Positions 24,000 through 38,100 of a stretch of DNA of 64,000 nucleotides are shown here, one piece after another (position 1 is the first letter of the stretch; each line of letters begins with the position of its first letter). The notes beneath the pieces are model-generated. The model had not been told where the DNA came from. It searched no databases and saw only the letters and a program-made list of their open reading frames with translations. Location of the stretch: positions 1,302,001 to 1,366,000 of the forward strand of contig JBHGNT010000020.1 in NCBI GenBank assembly GCA_043228905.1, in the 5' to 3' direction. A program made the position numbers and the translations under genes. This DNA comes from Azolla caroliniana (Eukaryota; Plantae; Polypodiophyta).

Positions 24000-26900
24000 T
24001 CACTCGTGTTCTCTCTCGGGGTTCTCGATGAGAGCTGATAGCCCTCGCACTACCTCCGCTGCATTCTCTCTTCCTGACATTGGCCGAGTTTGTCTCCACC
24101 GCCCGCTTCGACTTAACGGGGGTCCATGGTTTTGATGAGCCAGAGTAGGCCATGCATTGTGAGCCGAGGATCGACTATGTGAATGGTGGTTCTTGTCTCT
24201 GTCTTTGTCTTTTTCTTTATCTTGACGAGAGCGCCGCACAGCTTGTTGTATTCGCCTTTCATGCTGCCCAAGAATGTCTTCAAGATTGGCCGATGGATGT
24301 AGCAATGGGCCCGAGAAATGTATACGATCAGCTTGCCGGCCCCCAGCATTGCCTCCTCGAGAGCCCTATAACAAACTCAGCATATTTTAGTCCACTAGAA
24401 TCTTTATACCAAGCTTAAATTCATAGACCTTCACACCATGACCTATGACAGAAACAGAGTAACCCTAACTTTTGCAGGTTCCATTATTGAAGTTACAGTG
24501 ACATGACAACTTTACCAGCCTCTCATGTTGAACTCGATTGGCTCCATTTAGGTTCCGTTGCTCGGCTGCTGGCTTTGTTGGTAACTCGGGATGCTTGTAC
24601 TTGTGGCTATGTAAACCACTAAACCCATCGCTTGGTCTCGGATGTGCAGCAGCCAATGACTTGCTGGAATTAGATCGATATGTTGGCGGCTGCAGGGGGC
24701 GAGAGAAATCCATCGATTGAGTTTGAGCTTCACTGTGTTTTCGCAGCCCTTTCACATTGGCAGTCGAATTGGCCACTGGACCAAAACCACCTCGAGTCAC
24801 AACAACAGCAGGCCCATCGGCCAGGGGCCGAGGTGGGTCAATCGGAAAGCCAACAGCTGAATCTTCATGCCTTGGATTAAACTTCTCGCTTTGGCTTTTT
24901 ACCGAGTGTGAAGCCAGACGACGTTTCTATGAGAAAGAACAAAGTGAGGTTAGTACAAAATTGGTATATACTACTGAAGTGAGTATATGAAACTGGTATA
25001 TACCATCTGAAGTGAAATGAAAATGGTATATAGCATGTGAAATCAGCATGAAATAATGGTATATACCATGTGAAGTGAAAAATAAAATATTATATATGCC
25101 ATGCGAAGTGAGCATGGAAAAAAGGTATACATTATGTGAAATGATGATGAAAATGGTACCTGAATGGATGCCGGCAACTCTGCATTTGCATCGGGTGCAG
25201 GGATAGCTTTGTTTGGCCTTAATCTATCATCACCACCTTGTTGCACTTGCACCCTTACTCCAGCAGCTCTTTGTCTGAATGCCGAATAAGATTTTGCACA
25301 TACATTACATCTCTTATCAGAGTTTAGCGGAATTTCGCTCTCAATTCAGTAGAGCGCGGGTTGAAATTTTGGGATTTAGGGCAAAATCCGAGCAAACACA
25401 TATACATGTTCTGCTCAAATCCTATAAAAGTGTGGTAGTTTTTCATGATTTCCTATTTTCCCATGCATTAAGAGAAAAGACATATTGCATATATCTGTGT
25501 GTGTGCATTTGACAACTTAGAAAGTACAAGAAAAAATCACATACCTTCGGGCTTCTTCATCTCTTAATTTCGCATCAAATTCTTTACTGGGGGGATATTT
25601 TGGAAGGCTAGAAGGATCACATGCAAATGGCTTTGTGGTGAAAAACTGGAATTATAACAAAAAATAAAAATAAACTTAGATTAAAATCCATGAGACCAGA
25701 AAAAAAGATAATTTAAGTTGTTGCCAACAAAGGGAATAAGAACCTCGCTCTCCAGAGCTCCGGCAGCAGTTCCCCTATCTGCTGGTTCTATAGCCAGCAA
25801 AGTCTCTAGAGAAGACAGAGATGAGGGCGGAAAGTCCCGGAATGTCTCAGCGATGCACCTCTTGTAAGGTTGCTTTGGTTTGAAGATAGTGGCATGTGGA
25901 AGCTTAGACTTCCTCCAGTATTCTTCTGATGGCGAGCCACAGAGTTTAAATATCTTGTGCAATTGCTCAACCTGCGTGCAAGAGATCCAGAGTTTCCATG
26001 TAAGATCACTGCTAGAAGTAGACAAGATTTCACTACTCAAGTATAGTTGCTTTTATAGAACATTGCCCTGTGCCAGAAATATGTTAGTCCTTACCTTTCC
26101 TAGTCCCATTGGCAATGTCTAGGCTATTAGCTATAGTAGTGAGAATGATGTTACACCAGAAAGCTCAAATCCCAAACCCTAGAGTGGTAAACCACTCCCT
26201 AGTCATCCTCTACCATATCAAACCACATTTCCTCATCATTTTGGTTTCTTTTAATAAGCACTTACTTCGGTTCTCCCGGGCATTATCGGCTTTCCAGCCA
26301 ATAGTTCTGCAAGGATGCATCCTGTGCTCCACAAGTCTACCCCAACCCCATACTCCGTTGCCCCCAATAGAAGCTCAGGAGGACGATACCATAAAGTCAC
26401 AACTCGACTTGTTAAAGGTTGTCTTTGATCTTGAGAAAAGAATGTGGCTAGCCCAAAATCAGCAATCTTCAAAACTCCTGAATTGTCGAGCAGAAGATTT
26501 GATCCCTTAATGTCGCGGTGGAGAACTCCACGACGATGGCAGTGGTCAAGCCCCTTCAATAGCTGTTGTAAGTAGTATTTCACCTTCCAAAGAAAAGCAA
26601 AAAAAGTTTAGGGTTACGCTAATTGGCTCCTTTCATTTAAGCTAAGACTATTCACTATCCGAAACATTTTACATACTTGAGGCTCTGAGAATTTAGTTCC
26701 AGGTGATGCAGCAAGACCAGCTAAATCGTGCTCCATGTATTCAAAGACAAGATAAAGGCTGCAAGACATCCTTGATGTAACTAATCCTTCTAGCTTTACA
26801 ATGTTGGGATGATCAAGACGCCGGAGGACTTGGATTTCGCGGGCCATGAATCGAACACTCTCAGGTTCAAGATTATCAAACCGCACTTTCTTGAGTGCTA

Positions 26901-28032
26901 CAACTTTCCCCGTCTCCAAATCTCGTGCTTTATATACATTGCTGTAGGTACCTTGGCCAATCTGCAAAACAAAGCACAAATTGATGCATTGCCATTTGTA
27001 TGCAATTGTGGTAATAAATTGTCATTAGAAAACTTTCCAATTTCCCCACACTAAAAACATATTACCATTTCTCATACATTTGGTTACAATTTATACAGTA
27101 GGTTTTCAAAGACAGGTAGTGGACAATTTCCTGACTGGGGAAATGATCCCGGTGCAAGTCCCTGAAGCTTATAATGTTGAACAATTCAAAGAAAGATGCG
27201 GGAAAGTGGACCAAATCTAAAAATGTTCATCAACATCCTTGATCTTGCCATCTGAATCAACGTACGAAAACACGAGGAAAAGTGGGGTATTTCCCCACAA
27301 CCTAATGTGTGATTAACCTGGCATGGTCAACCTCATAATGTTGTTTAAATCAACTCAGGGCAAGAAGATGGGTTTTTGTCTTCCAAAAACCTTCGTATGG
27401 TGTAATAATGGAGCAATGTAGGCACTTTCCTACATGGGATGGAAGTAAGTATCGGAAACTTAATGATACTAGCTCCACTTCTTGACCAATGTTACCTATC
27501 ATACATAGATTGATGATTGATAAAGCTAGTATTTGCAATGATATAACATCCCATTTGAAAGATTAAGTTTACAAGCAATCTTTTTACATGTTAAAAGAAA
27601 GATTGGGTGGAAGCAAGAGCACTTTACCTTGTCCAATTTCTCGAATGAGTCGGCTCTTCTCGGGATCCATCCTTTCACAGCTTCTCCGGCAACCGAAGAG
27701 AGCCAGCTAGGCCATCCAGCAGCCACACATTCACCTTCTAGATGCTTTGGAGGATTGCTTAACCTTGGATTCGGATTGTGAACCAGCTGCCCTGCTTTCC
27801 ATTGCTTTGTCTCTCTGCTATCCTCTCGTTGCTGCTTCGGATTCACTCCATTGCTCTTGATCTTTGTATCTCTGTCTTTCACACCCACACCATCTCCTAT
27901 TACTTCCACATAATTCAATCTTCCTGATGCAAATGAGCTCCTCTTTGATGTGTAAAGCACTTTAATTTTCTGGTCTTCACCTATATCTTCCTGTAGTACC
28001 CCCCCAGGCCTCTTTGAACACCCACATCCCAT
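24000..28032 (-). CDS. CDK-like Ser/Thr protein kinase (CDKC-related CKL / At1g54610-type), 8 coding exons, 742 aa
   Basis: Exons 27628-28032, 26677-26961, 26266-26583, 25744-25971, 25545-25645, 25160-25274, 24516-24926 and 24000-24365. All introns are GT-AG and the frame is preserved (2229 nt). Motifs: MGCGCS N-terminus (possible acylation), AAGWPSWL, GQGTYS, VALKK, PESVRFMARE, HRDIKGSN, DFG, VVTLWYRPPE, and C-terminal HFSGPLL...HERRIQQAVRR. Confidence 0.95.
24962..25159. repeat. Degenerate tandem repeat (unit about 30 bp) in intron 6 of the kinase gene
   Basis: About six recurring units of TGGTATATA.CATGTGAAGTGA. Confidence 0.7.
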
Positions 28033-28968
28033 CACTAACAAATCAACAGCACCAAGAACAAGAACAGAGAAAGGATACAGAAGAATTACACAAACAAATA
28101 CCCTAATTCCCCAAAAATACACAAAAGAAAACCCTAATTACAACCCCCCCCAAAAAAAAACCCTAATTACCCAATAAACAAATAAATTAATAAAAATGTC
28201 TCTGATCTTCGAAGTGTACCCAACATAAATACCAAAAAATACACCAAAGATACCCTAATTACCCCAGAAATTATCTTTCTCTCTAAAAATGCACTAATTA
28301 CCCATATCCTCCGAAAAAATCCTGATTACGGAAAGGGAATACAGCGAAGTTTTTTCTTATCTCCAAAATTTACCCAGAAAAATACACCTATTACTATATT
28401 CCCTTAAACTTGGACCCTTGATACGTTCACAAGAAGAAAAACAGGAGAGAATGGTGGGCATATAGGGGAGGAGCTCATTCTTTTTCTCCTTTTCTTGAAA
28501 GTTAGAACCAATTTTACAGCTCTGAGGAACTCATTGCTACTCATTGAAGCTTATTCAAGATAGATGGTTAGCTTTGTAAATGCCCTGTTCTTTCTTCTCT
28601 CTCTACCTCTCTCTTCTCACTCTCTCTCTCTTCTCTCTCCTCTCTCAACTGAGAAGGCCAACCAGATTCTGCAAGAAAGCAGGGTGGCTCATAAATTCAC
28701 ATAATGTACATAGCTGACCCACCAGAGGGAGAGAGAGACAGACACAAAGGGGAGCATTGAAGGGTGGGAAAAGGGGGGGGGGGGGGGGGGGATTCAAGCT
28801 AAGGGCTTTCTTTCATAAGACCACTTATTCTTCACCATAGCCAGCTGTTACTAGAACAACTGCAGAGACAGAGAGAGAGAGAGAGAGAGAGGTGGGGGTG
28901 TGGGTGTCCACACACATGGGAGCATACATACATGTATAGGCACACCACCATCACCATCACCAACACAC

Positions 28969-29415
<447 letters not shown>

Positions 29416-32400
29416 TTATCCAACCTTACTCTTGGAAATCCTTCCTCCCTTACTTAGGTAGGCCATGGACAATGTGTGCGTGTGTTTATGATTGTGTGCT
29501 CACTCGAACCAGAAGTATTTTCTAGGAACTTCATGGACGGTTGTGGGCACTACGTTCTGGTACCAGCACCTTAGCCTGAGACGTATGGGATGTGCACTCA
29601 CTCGAACAGAAGTATTCTAAGAACTTCAACGAGGGTTGTTGGCTGTTAGGTTTTGGCAATACCATGTTAGTCTAAGATGTATGGGATGTGCGTCGAATGT
29701 GCCCTGGCTTTGTAGCTCTTGGGCATGTGTTTTTACAGGAGTATAGGGGTGATTGTATGTCCCTTACATGAGTTTAGTGTCTCCCCATGCATGGGCCAAC
29801 AATTTAGGTTTCTTGGAGACCAAGAACAACTACTTGGGAGTATGGGGGATAATGGGTGAAATGCTAAGAATTGGATGCTTGGGAGATTGATCATTTGGAC
29901 TCGAAGTGTGAGGGTTGATGTATGTCCCTTCCATGGGTTTAGTGCGTCAACAAATTCTTATTCAAGACGTTTTTTTGACAATTAAAAATAGGATGTTGAA
30001 ATTGAAGATATTTCCTGTCTCCACAACTATGAGGTTGAAATGATGCACTCCCTCTTCTTGGAATATGGCTATATTGTACCATGAGCAATGAGCTCGATGG
30101 CCAATTTTCTCAGGTTTAATATGCCATGTGTGTTTGATTTCTTCTTTCGTCACTTCCAAATGGTTATGTCTCCAGACTCCAATTGTGTTGAATTATGTCT
30201 TAACTTCTATTTGTGAGACTCCGTCTTAGTGCGCACGTTTTCATGGCATATGATCCTCCATTGTTAGCATTTGACATGAAACTTCCATAAAAAATACTCT
30301 CCCTTTTACTTCTTGAATTACTGCTCGATTCGTTGAATTTAATTTTTTACACTTGGTAAACTTTGGTTAGTCATATGCAAAGGAAGTACATCACTGGAAT
30401 GAGACAAACCCAATACATTCACATGTAGCCCAATTTGACATACGTTTATAAATTGTAAGTAACAACGTTTTCATGTTAAATTGTCTGACCTTGCTTTTTA
30501 ATGGGAGATTTTTGAATTCTCTTAGTATGAGATACATTGTAGAAGTTCCCAACACTACTAGATGTATATGCACAAAAGCTATCATTAAAGCATATTTTGG
30601 GTCAGGTGGATGTATGTGTTTGTAATAATAGATATGTTTACAACAAAGTCGAGAAAGCCCAATTTTATTATTGGAGATTGTTACCTACATTTTCATGTAT
30701 AATTGATTCTGATCGTTGCGTGCATTTCCAATTTTATAAAGATAAATTGCACAGTACATACATACTCACCTAACAGACACTTGTGTGCTAAAAAGTCGTT
30801 TTTACAAACTATTGCTTACAATTTCATGAGGCTACTTTATTGAAATTCTAAATTTTGCATATCCACATGGTGATAAAACTTGTGCTTTGTGGACTAGGGT
30901 AGGGAGGTTATATGTTCAACCTTGAGTACATGCTTAATTTGTGTACCATGGCGCTCTTTGTAGTATACCATGCTTCGTAAATACATGAGACCTCTACCAA
31001 CAGAATTTTTAGGCGATTGGACCACCCAAGTTGTCTAGATTTCAATACAACTATTTTTGTCACTCCACCATAAAGTTGTCATGATCAAGGCAAAGACGTC
31101 ACACCTCGGAAGCTAGAATATACCAATCCCAGTCTAGGAAGAAGAGGTGCAAACAAGAATGGAAAGTCCAAAGATCTTCTCAATGCTCGTAAAAACATTG
31201 ATCTTGTAGAGGGCACAAATCATAAAAGTCTTGATGTAGGACAACTCAACCCCTCTCCTCTATGATAAGCTAATAGTCTAGCAATGATCATATCTGATGA
31301 AAGAAATGCACTATAGATCAATAGTTCGGTTTTGGCAAAATTTACCCGTATACCACTATATTTTTAGGAACTTACCATCCATAATTTGAAATTTACCAAA
31401 TCATTGTGCATGTTTTCCATGTCACTAATATAAATATCAAATCAACACAATAAAGCAAAATTAAAGCATCATTACTTGTTGCCAAGACTAATTACTATTT
31501 TAATTAGTGTAACTTAATACTCATTATGTACCTCCTTCAAAGGATAACTTCAAAATGAAATTAACATTTAACCATTTAGTATCTATACAAGCATGTTAAT
31601 TTTGTTTGTCAATGGGCAATGAATTATGCAATTTTGATTGTCATTTAGTTTTTGTAAGAAGTACCAATACATTAAATTCTAGGTAATTATGCTAGAGTAA
31701 TATAACTTGTGAAAAATATAGTATTTTTTCCTAGAAAAATTTGTTTCCCATTAGTTAGGTGAATCGTATATAGAGATCAAGCTATGTACACACTATGTAT
31801 CTATAGATACTCTACTATTTATAGGTCCCTTTCATGTATATTTGGCTATCGTTGCGTGAAACCTTAGATAATAAAAAGGGGGGGAGGGGTAATCGCTTTT
31901 CGAGAAAAATGTAGTCGACTTAAATGTGAAACCACCTTTATTATAAAGATGTATGAATAGGATTACATAGGTCTATGATCACCTTACCGTTTACACAAGC
32001 AATAATATACATAAAAGGTAATGTATTGAAGCTCTTTGATTTTTACTTGATGTTGTCATTCGATTACTTAACAAAAAGTTAGGATTCGATTACATAGTTA
32101 ATAATAGTAACTCTAGATAAACTTAAAACGACTATACGTGTAAAAGATCATAATGGAGTCGCATAAAACTTATAGTTGGGTTAGCGTGTTCAAACTAACA
32201 ACCTATTTTATAAAGGGAAACCTTCAAGTGTATTCTAAGAGTATACTTCACTTTCATCTACTCATTCGTATGTGTATTTGCTGATTTAGGAGCACAGGAG
32301 TTGTAACTCATGTTACACATTTGTTGTACAAGACACTCCTGAAATGATGTGTGCGAGGATGTTGGTAACCAAGGGGACAAGGAACAAGTGGAAAAAATGT

Positions 32401-33704
32401 AACTAGTGGGAGAAGGAAATCAAAGAGAGAAGACTCTTATGTGTGAAAAGCCCAAAAACAAAGAGAATACAAAAAGTCACGTTTGACATTTTTTTTATCC
32501 TTCTTCTTTGAACTACTTTTTCTAGAGCTACTACTATCTCCTCTCTCTCTAATCATCTAAGCCTAATCCCTATATCTTAGTCTTAAGCCTAATCTTTCTC
32601 TAGTCCCTATACCCAAGTTTTACATTTTGCTGTTACCGGTCGGCAAAGGAGTCCAGAGTGTGAAACAAAGGAGTTATTTAATTATTAAGGAATGGTTGTA
32701 AGTAAGCTATTAGTGTGGACGGACGGACCGAAATCGGTATGCCGTTCCGGATCCGGACCGATCCCGAACAGGTGCGGATGGCACCGTTTTGTACTACAAA
32801 CCGGAAACCTATTTAAAGGCCCGGATACAATGTAATGAGGAGCGGATAATTAATGAAGCTTAGTGTTTTATCTCTCTGTGTTAATTGTCGTTCTGCATTC
32901 ATTGTTATATCTTACGTGTGTGAATATTAAGGATGATCTTGCTAAGTAACCTAATTAAGTCGGATTAATCGTTGAGCCTAATCCTCTTGTCGTAACACCC
33001 CTTTGGTGAAGTGTCTTCCATAGACACCCTGTGTTAGGCCATTGTCCAGCCCTAAGAGTTAACACAGTTTTTGGCGACCACGATTCCTGTTTTTGTAGTG
33101 AACGACGGCATGAATGGATGACTAGATCAATGCACGACCTGGTTACAGATCGAACTCGACGCCTTGATGAAAGGCAAAGGAGACGTGAGGCTTTTCAGCA
33201 AGCGGCGTGGGAAATTAGAGCGGATTGCTCGTTTTCCAACGTAATCCGGAGAGTAGCGGAGGAGTCCCTCCGGTTACAGCAAACATCGCACCCGGACGAC
33301 GACAGCAGCCTAAGCAGCCTCCGGGAAACCGAATCCCTTCTCCAGGCGTTGGCAAGCGGAGAAGGCGAAGCAGAAGCCTTTTAAGCGTATGAATCAGATT
33401 CCGAAGGGGGATATTGTCATAACTAGACTCGAACCCATAACCTTTTGTTACACGGGTCGAGACTTTACCATTAGGTTATGAGTTGTAATTTGAAGGATAT
33501 TATTTTCATTTAGGTTTTATTAGGAAATTGATGTATATTCCAGATTTCTCTGGAACATTCTAGAAACTTCAGGAGTATTCCTGAAGACACTATAAAAGGA
33601 GGCGCAAGGCATTAGTTCGAACCAAATCGGTTCAACGCCAGTCTTAAGCCTTCTAACTACTGTTGTATATCTTCCGTCATATAATACATATATCTTTCGC
33701 ATCA

Positions 33705-33742
<38 letters not shown>

Positions 33743-33877
33743 ACTCATTCCTTCTCTCAAAGTTCGACACCTCTCATAGTACTAATCCTTCTCTGTCTTA
33801 GTACTATTCCCCAACAATAGTACTAATCCTTCTTTTAGTACTAATTCCTTCTCTGCCTTAATAGAGTTCCTGACAGT

Positions 33878-33889
33878 TTGAACCGATTT
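33878..33889 (+). promoter_or_regulatory. Self-priming PBS (Tf1-type)
   Basis: TTGAACCGATTT is the exact reverse complement of AAATCGGTTCAA at 33624-33635, 33 nt after the LTR TATA box. No TGG tRNA-type PBS. Confidence 0.88.
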
Positions 33890-33963
33890 TGCCTACTAGT
33901 CTCCCTCTTCCTTCTGCCTCTCTCCTTTCCTACTAGTCTCTTATTTCCCTTTTCCTTCATCCC

Positions 33964-35133
33964 ATGGCCACCGTTAGCGCTGAAGAGTATCAATCCGTTT
34001 TCTCGGAATTTCAATGCTTGAAAGAGAAGTTTCATGCTTTGGAACAAGAAAATCAACGCTTGTTGGGGGATCTTCAGCAAATTTCCTTAGAAAAGCAGCA
34101 AACGCAACAACAGCATGGGGAACTTGCGTTACGCGTGCAACAACTCGAAGCAACCATCGTAGCAATGCAACAACAAGGGCACGGAGCACAAGGGATTCAT
34201 AAAGAACCCAAGATTGGCCTTCCCACGAAGTTCGATGGAACGCGATCGCAGTTTAGAGGGTTTCTTAACCAGGTACGGTTAGTTATTCAAATGCATCCGT
34301 CCCGATATCCCACCGATGCATCACGAGTGGGTTTAGTAGGCACGTTGTTAAATGGCTCAGCATTAGCATGGTTCGCTCCGCTACTAGAAAAGGAATCTCC
34401 AGTACTAAATAATTTTGAAGAATTCATAAGTGAGTTTAAAGCATGTTTTGGAGATACTGACAGCATAAGGACTGCAATCAACAAAATCCGGCGATTACGC
34501 CAAGGTGACCGTCCAGCCTCCGCATATGCTGCAGATTTCCGCCTACTCGCCGCCGATATCCCCTGGGATGATCAAGCATTGATGGAGCAGTTCCGCTATG
34601 GTCTACGCAACGATGTCAAGGATTTACTCTTGACTTTCCCTGAAGAGCCAAAATCATTAACAGAAGCAATCAGTCGAGCGGTCAGATGTGACAACCGCCT
34701 CTTCGAGCGACGTTCGGAACGACAATTTCAGATGCCGAGGGCAAGATCCGAGCCTACCTATGCCTCAGTGGTAGCGAAACCTTTTCAAAGGGAGTCACAT
34801 AATGCGCCTCCAGTAAGTACTCCAACTCCAATGGAAATTGACACTACACGTCGTCGTGGGCCGCTATCGGAGGAGGAAAAGCAACGACGCCGAACAAACC
34901 GATTATGCCTTTATTGCGGTGGACCAGGGCATATCGCGATAAACTGTCCCCATAGACCAAGAAGGCAGGTAAACCAAGTCATTGTTAGTTCTGACTATAC
35001 TAAACCCGAGTCTATTTCAGTAGGAATCTCTGATAATCCTCATAGTCATAATAGTCCTAATAGTACTAATAGTCCGAATCTCGCAAACAAATTTGATGTC
35101 CTTAGCCAATTAGAAGAAGAGTTAAACGACTAA
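33964..35133 (+). CDS. gag: Gag of element Y (389 aa)
   Basis: KFDGTRSQFRGFL, LRQG, PTPMEID and the CLYCGGPGHIAINC knuckle. Confidence 0.95.
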   Translation: MATVSAEEYQSVFSEFQCLKEKFHALEQENQRLLGDLQQISLEKQQTQQQHGELALRVQQLEATIVAMQQQGHGAQGIHKEPKIGLPTKFDGTRSQFRGFLNQVRLVIQMHPSRYPTDASRVGLVGTLLNGSALAWFAPLLEKESPVLNNFEEFISEFKACFGDTDSIRTAINKIRRLRQGDRPASAYAADFRLLAADIPWDDQALMEQFRYGLRNDVKDLLLTFPEEPKSLTEAISRAVRCDNRLFERRSERQFQMPRARSEPTYASVVAKPFQRESHNAPPVSTPTPMEIDTTRRRGPLSEEEKQRRRTNRLCLYCGGPGHIAINCPHRPRRQVNQVIVSSDYTKPESISVGISDNPHSHNSPNSTNSPNLANKFDVLSQLEEELND

Positions 35134-35175
35134 GTCCAGCCAAAATAGGAGCCGTTTGGTTGGACAGCCCTAGAT
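35121..35175 (+). promoter_or_regulatory. -1 ribosomal frameshift signal (G_UUA_AAC plus hairpin)
   Basis: Heptamer at 35121-35127 in gag phase, followed 6 nt later by an 11-bp stem GTCCAGCCAAA/TTTGGTTGGAC. Confidence 0.75.
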
Positions 35176-38100
35176 CTGTGCAGCCCATTAGTGGTTCCAT
35201 TCCCTCTAAGCAAGTTAGTGATGTGTTCGTAGTCCAAGTAGCAGTTAGTACTAAAAGTACCCCTCCAGTACATACCTTAGCCCTTCTAGATTCTGGAGCT
35301 AATTCTTGCTTCATGGATAGGAATTTTGCCCGAGCTCATCAGATATCTCTCAGAAAGCTCCCATGTCCAGCCTCAGTAGTAGTCATTGATGGTCGTCCCA
35401 TTGCTTCTGGTAATATCATAGAAGAGTCGGAACCCGTTAATATTGTCCTAGATAACTTAACATGTGTAGTATCATTTAATATTATTAGTATTCCAGAACA
35501 TCCCATAGTTTTAGGATTACCATGGTTTGAGTTACATGACCCAGACATAGATTGGAGGACAAGGGAAATCCGGTTGCGACAAACCCAAGGATCTACCCAG
35601 AAGGTTGCAACCATTTCGCTACGTCAGTTGCGTGAGGAAGGGCGCAAGGAGGAAATGTTTCTCTTTGCAATATCAGTACAACCCTCCAGCACCACCAAAG
35701 AGGAGTCCACCGTTCAACTTCCCGAGAAGTATCGTCAGTATGCTGATGTGTTCGATAAAGTACAAGCCAACACACTTCCTCATCATCGGCCGTACGACTG
35801 CGCCATCGACTTACAACCGGGAAAAGAGCCGCCATGGGGGCCGATCTACAATTTGTCACCAACCGAGCTAGAAGTCCTTCGAGCCTATATAGAGGAGAAT
35901 TTGGAGAACGGTTTCATTCGGCATTCGAAATCTCCAGCCGGCGCACCCATTTTCTTCGTCAAGAAAAAAGATGGCTCGCTTCGACTCGTTGTAGATTACC
36001 GTGGCTTGAATAAGGTCACAGTAAGAAATAGGTATGCTCTTCCCCTTATCTCAAGTCTTTTAGAACGGATCAACGGTGCCAGGTTCTTCACGAAGATCGA
36101 CTTACGAGGAGCCTATAACCTCGTACGGATCCGACCAGGAGATGAATGGAAGACCGCGTTTCGCACCAGATATGGGCACTTCGAGTATACGGTCATGCCG
36201 TTCGGACTCACTAATGCGCCGGCAGTCTTCCAGCACATGGCGAATGATATATTTCGAGATCTCTTGGATGATTTTTTGATCATCTATTTGGATGATCTAC
36301 TGGTTTATTCAAAGACCCAAGAAGAACATGATTCTCATGTACTATTAGTACTAAAACGACTTCGAGAACATGGTCTGTATGCAAAGTTAGAGAAATGTAG
36401 TTTCGGGTGCAACCAAGTGGAGTTTCTCGGCTATGTCATCTCCTCAGAAGGCATATCTATGGACCCAGCCAAGGTCAAAACGGTGATAGAATGGCACACT
36501 CCGCGTTCGGTGCGGGATGTGCAATGCTTCCTAGGCTTTGCAAATTTCTACCGGAAGTTCATACAAAATTACTCAAAAATTGTGCTGCCTCTCACACAGC
36601 TCACCAGGAAGGGACAATCATTCATTTGGTCTAAAGAGACGGACATGGCTTTCGAGAGTCTTAAGAAGGCGTTTACATCAGCTCCAATTTTAGGTCATGT
36701 GGATCCGGAAAAACCATTCATTATCGAAGCTGATGCATCGGATTTCGCATTGGGGAGCATTCTGTCACAACAGGGTAACGACGAGAAGCTACATCCTGTG
36801 GCTTTCCACTCCCGTAAGTTTGACGCCGCCGAAATCAACTACGAAATTCATGATAAAGAGCTATTAGCAATAGTTGATTCTTTTATGCAATGGAGGCATT
36901 TCCTGGAGGGATCTCCTCATCAGGTCACTGTATTCAGTGACCACAAGAACCTTGCCTACTTTCAAGATGCTCGTGTACTGAATCGACGTCAAGCTCGGTG
37001 GGCCCACTTCCTCACACGCTTCGACTTCAAAATTACATATCGTCCGGGGAAGCACCAAGGGAAGGCAGATGCATTATCACGGCGTTCGTATCTAACACCA
37101 CGTCCCGGTGAGCCAGCTTTCGATAACCAGAAGCAAGTAATCTTGGGTCCAGCACGACTGCAAGCAGCACAGATCTTTGACATGCCCGTGGATTCCGACA
37201 TTACCAATACTATACGTGAGGACTTGAAGACTGACGCTTTCGCCCAAGCTATACTAGCACAAATTGACCCCTCTCGAGCGTCATGTTCACAATCACAATC
37301 ACCAGGTACGGATTATCGGCAATTCAAATACTGTGATGGATTACTCTTCTTTAAAGAACTTTTGTATGTTCCTAATGGTTCTTGCCGCCTTCGAGTAGTA
37401 CAAAACTGCCATGACACATATACAGCAGGACATTTTGGTAGTACTAAAACATTAGATTTAGTACAACGATCATTCTGGTGGCCCCGTATGCGACAATTTG
37501 TCGAAGATTTTGTTCGGACTTGCGATACATGCTGCAGAGCGAAAATGCCAAGACATCATCCATATGGTTTATTAGAACCATTACCAATTCCAAGCAAGCC
37601 ATGGCAATCCATTGCTCTTGACTTCATTACAGATCTTCCAGTCTCTAAGGGATTCAGTGCGATTCTCACAGTGGTGGATCGATATACGAAGATGGCTCAT
37701 TTCTTACCATGTACTAAAGAAATATCTAGTGAAGACACCGCCGAAATTGTCATGCGGGAAGTATGTCGGCATCATGGACTCCCTGATAATATCATCAGCG
37801 ATCGTGGACCCCAGTTTGTGTCAAAATTCTGGAAGCACCTTTTTAAAATGCTGAAGGTCACTTGTAACCTCTCCTCCGGCTACCACCCACAAACCGACGG
37901 TCAAGCCGAACGAACAAATCAAACACTGGAGCAGTATCTGCGGTGCTTTCTCAATTATCATCAGAATGACTGGGCAGATATTCTTCAGTTCGCCGAATTT
38001 GCCTATAATAACGCTATCCACGCATCGACTAAAGTCACGCCATTCTACGCTTATACGGGATATCATCCCCGGTGGTGTGTCCTTGAAACCCCAGAAGTGT

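Noticed and set aside
27526-28122. 198-aa ORF as the kinase N-terminus
   Set aside because: The family-typical start is ATG at 28032 (MGCGCS), and the ORF tail runs past the donor at 27627.
29960-30600. Possible DNA-transposon coding remnant on the minus strand
   Set aside because: Only short ORFs with vague resemblance; no catalytic motif or termini.
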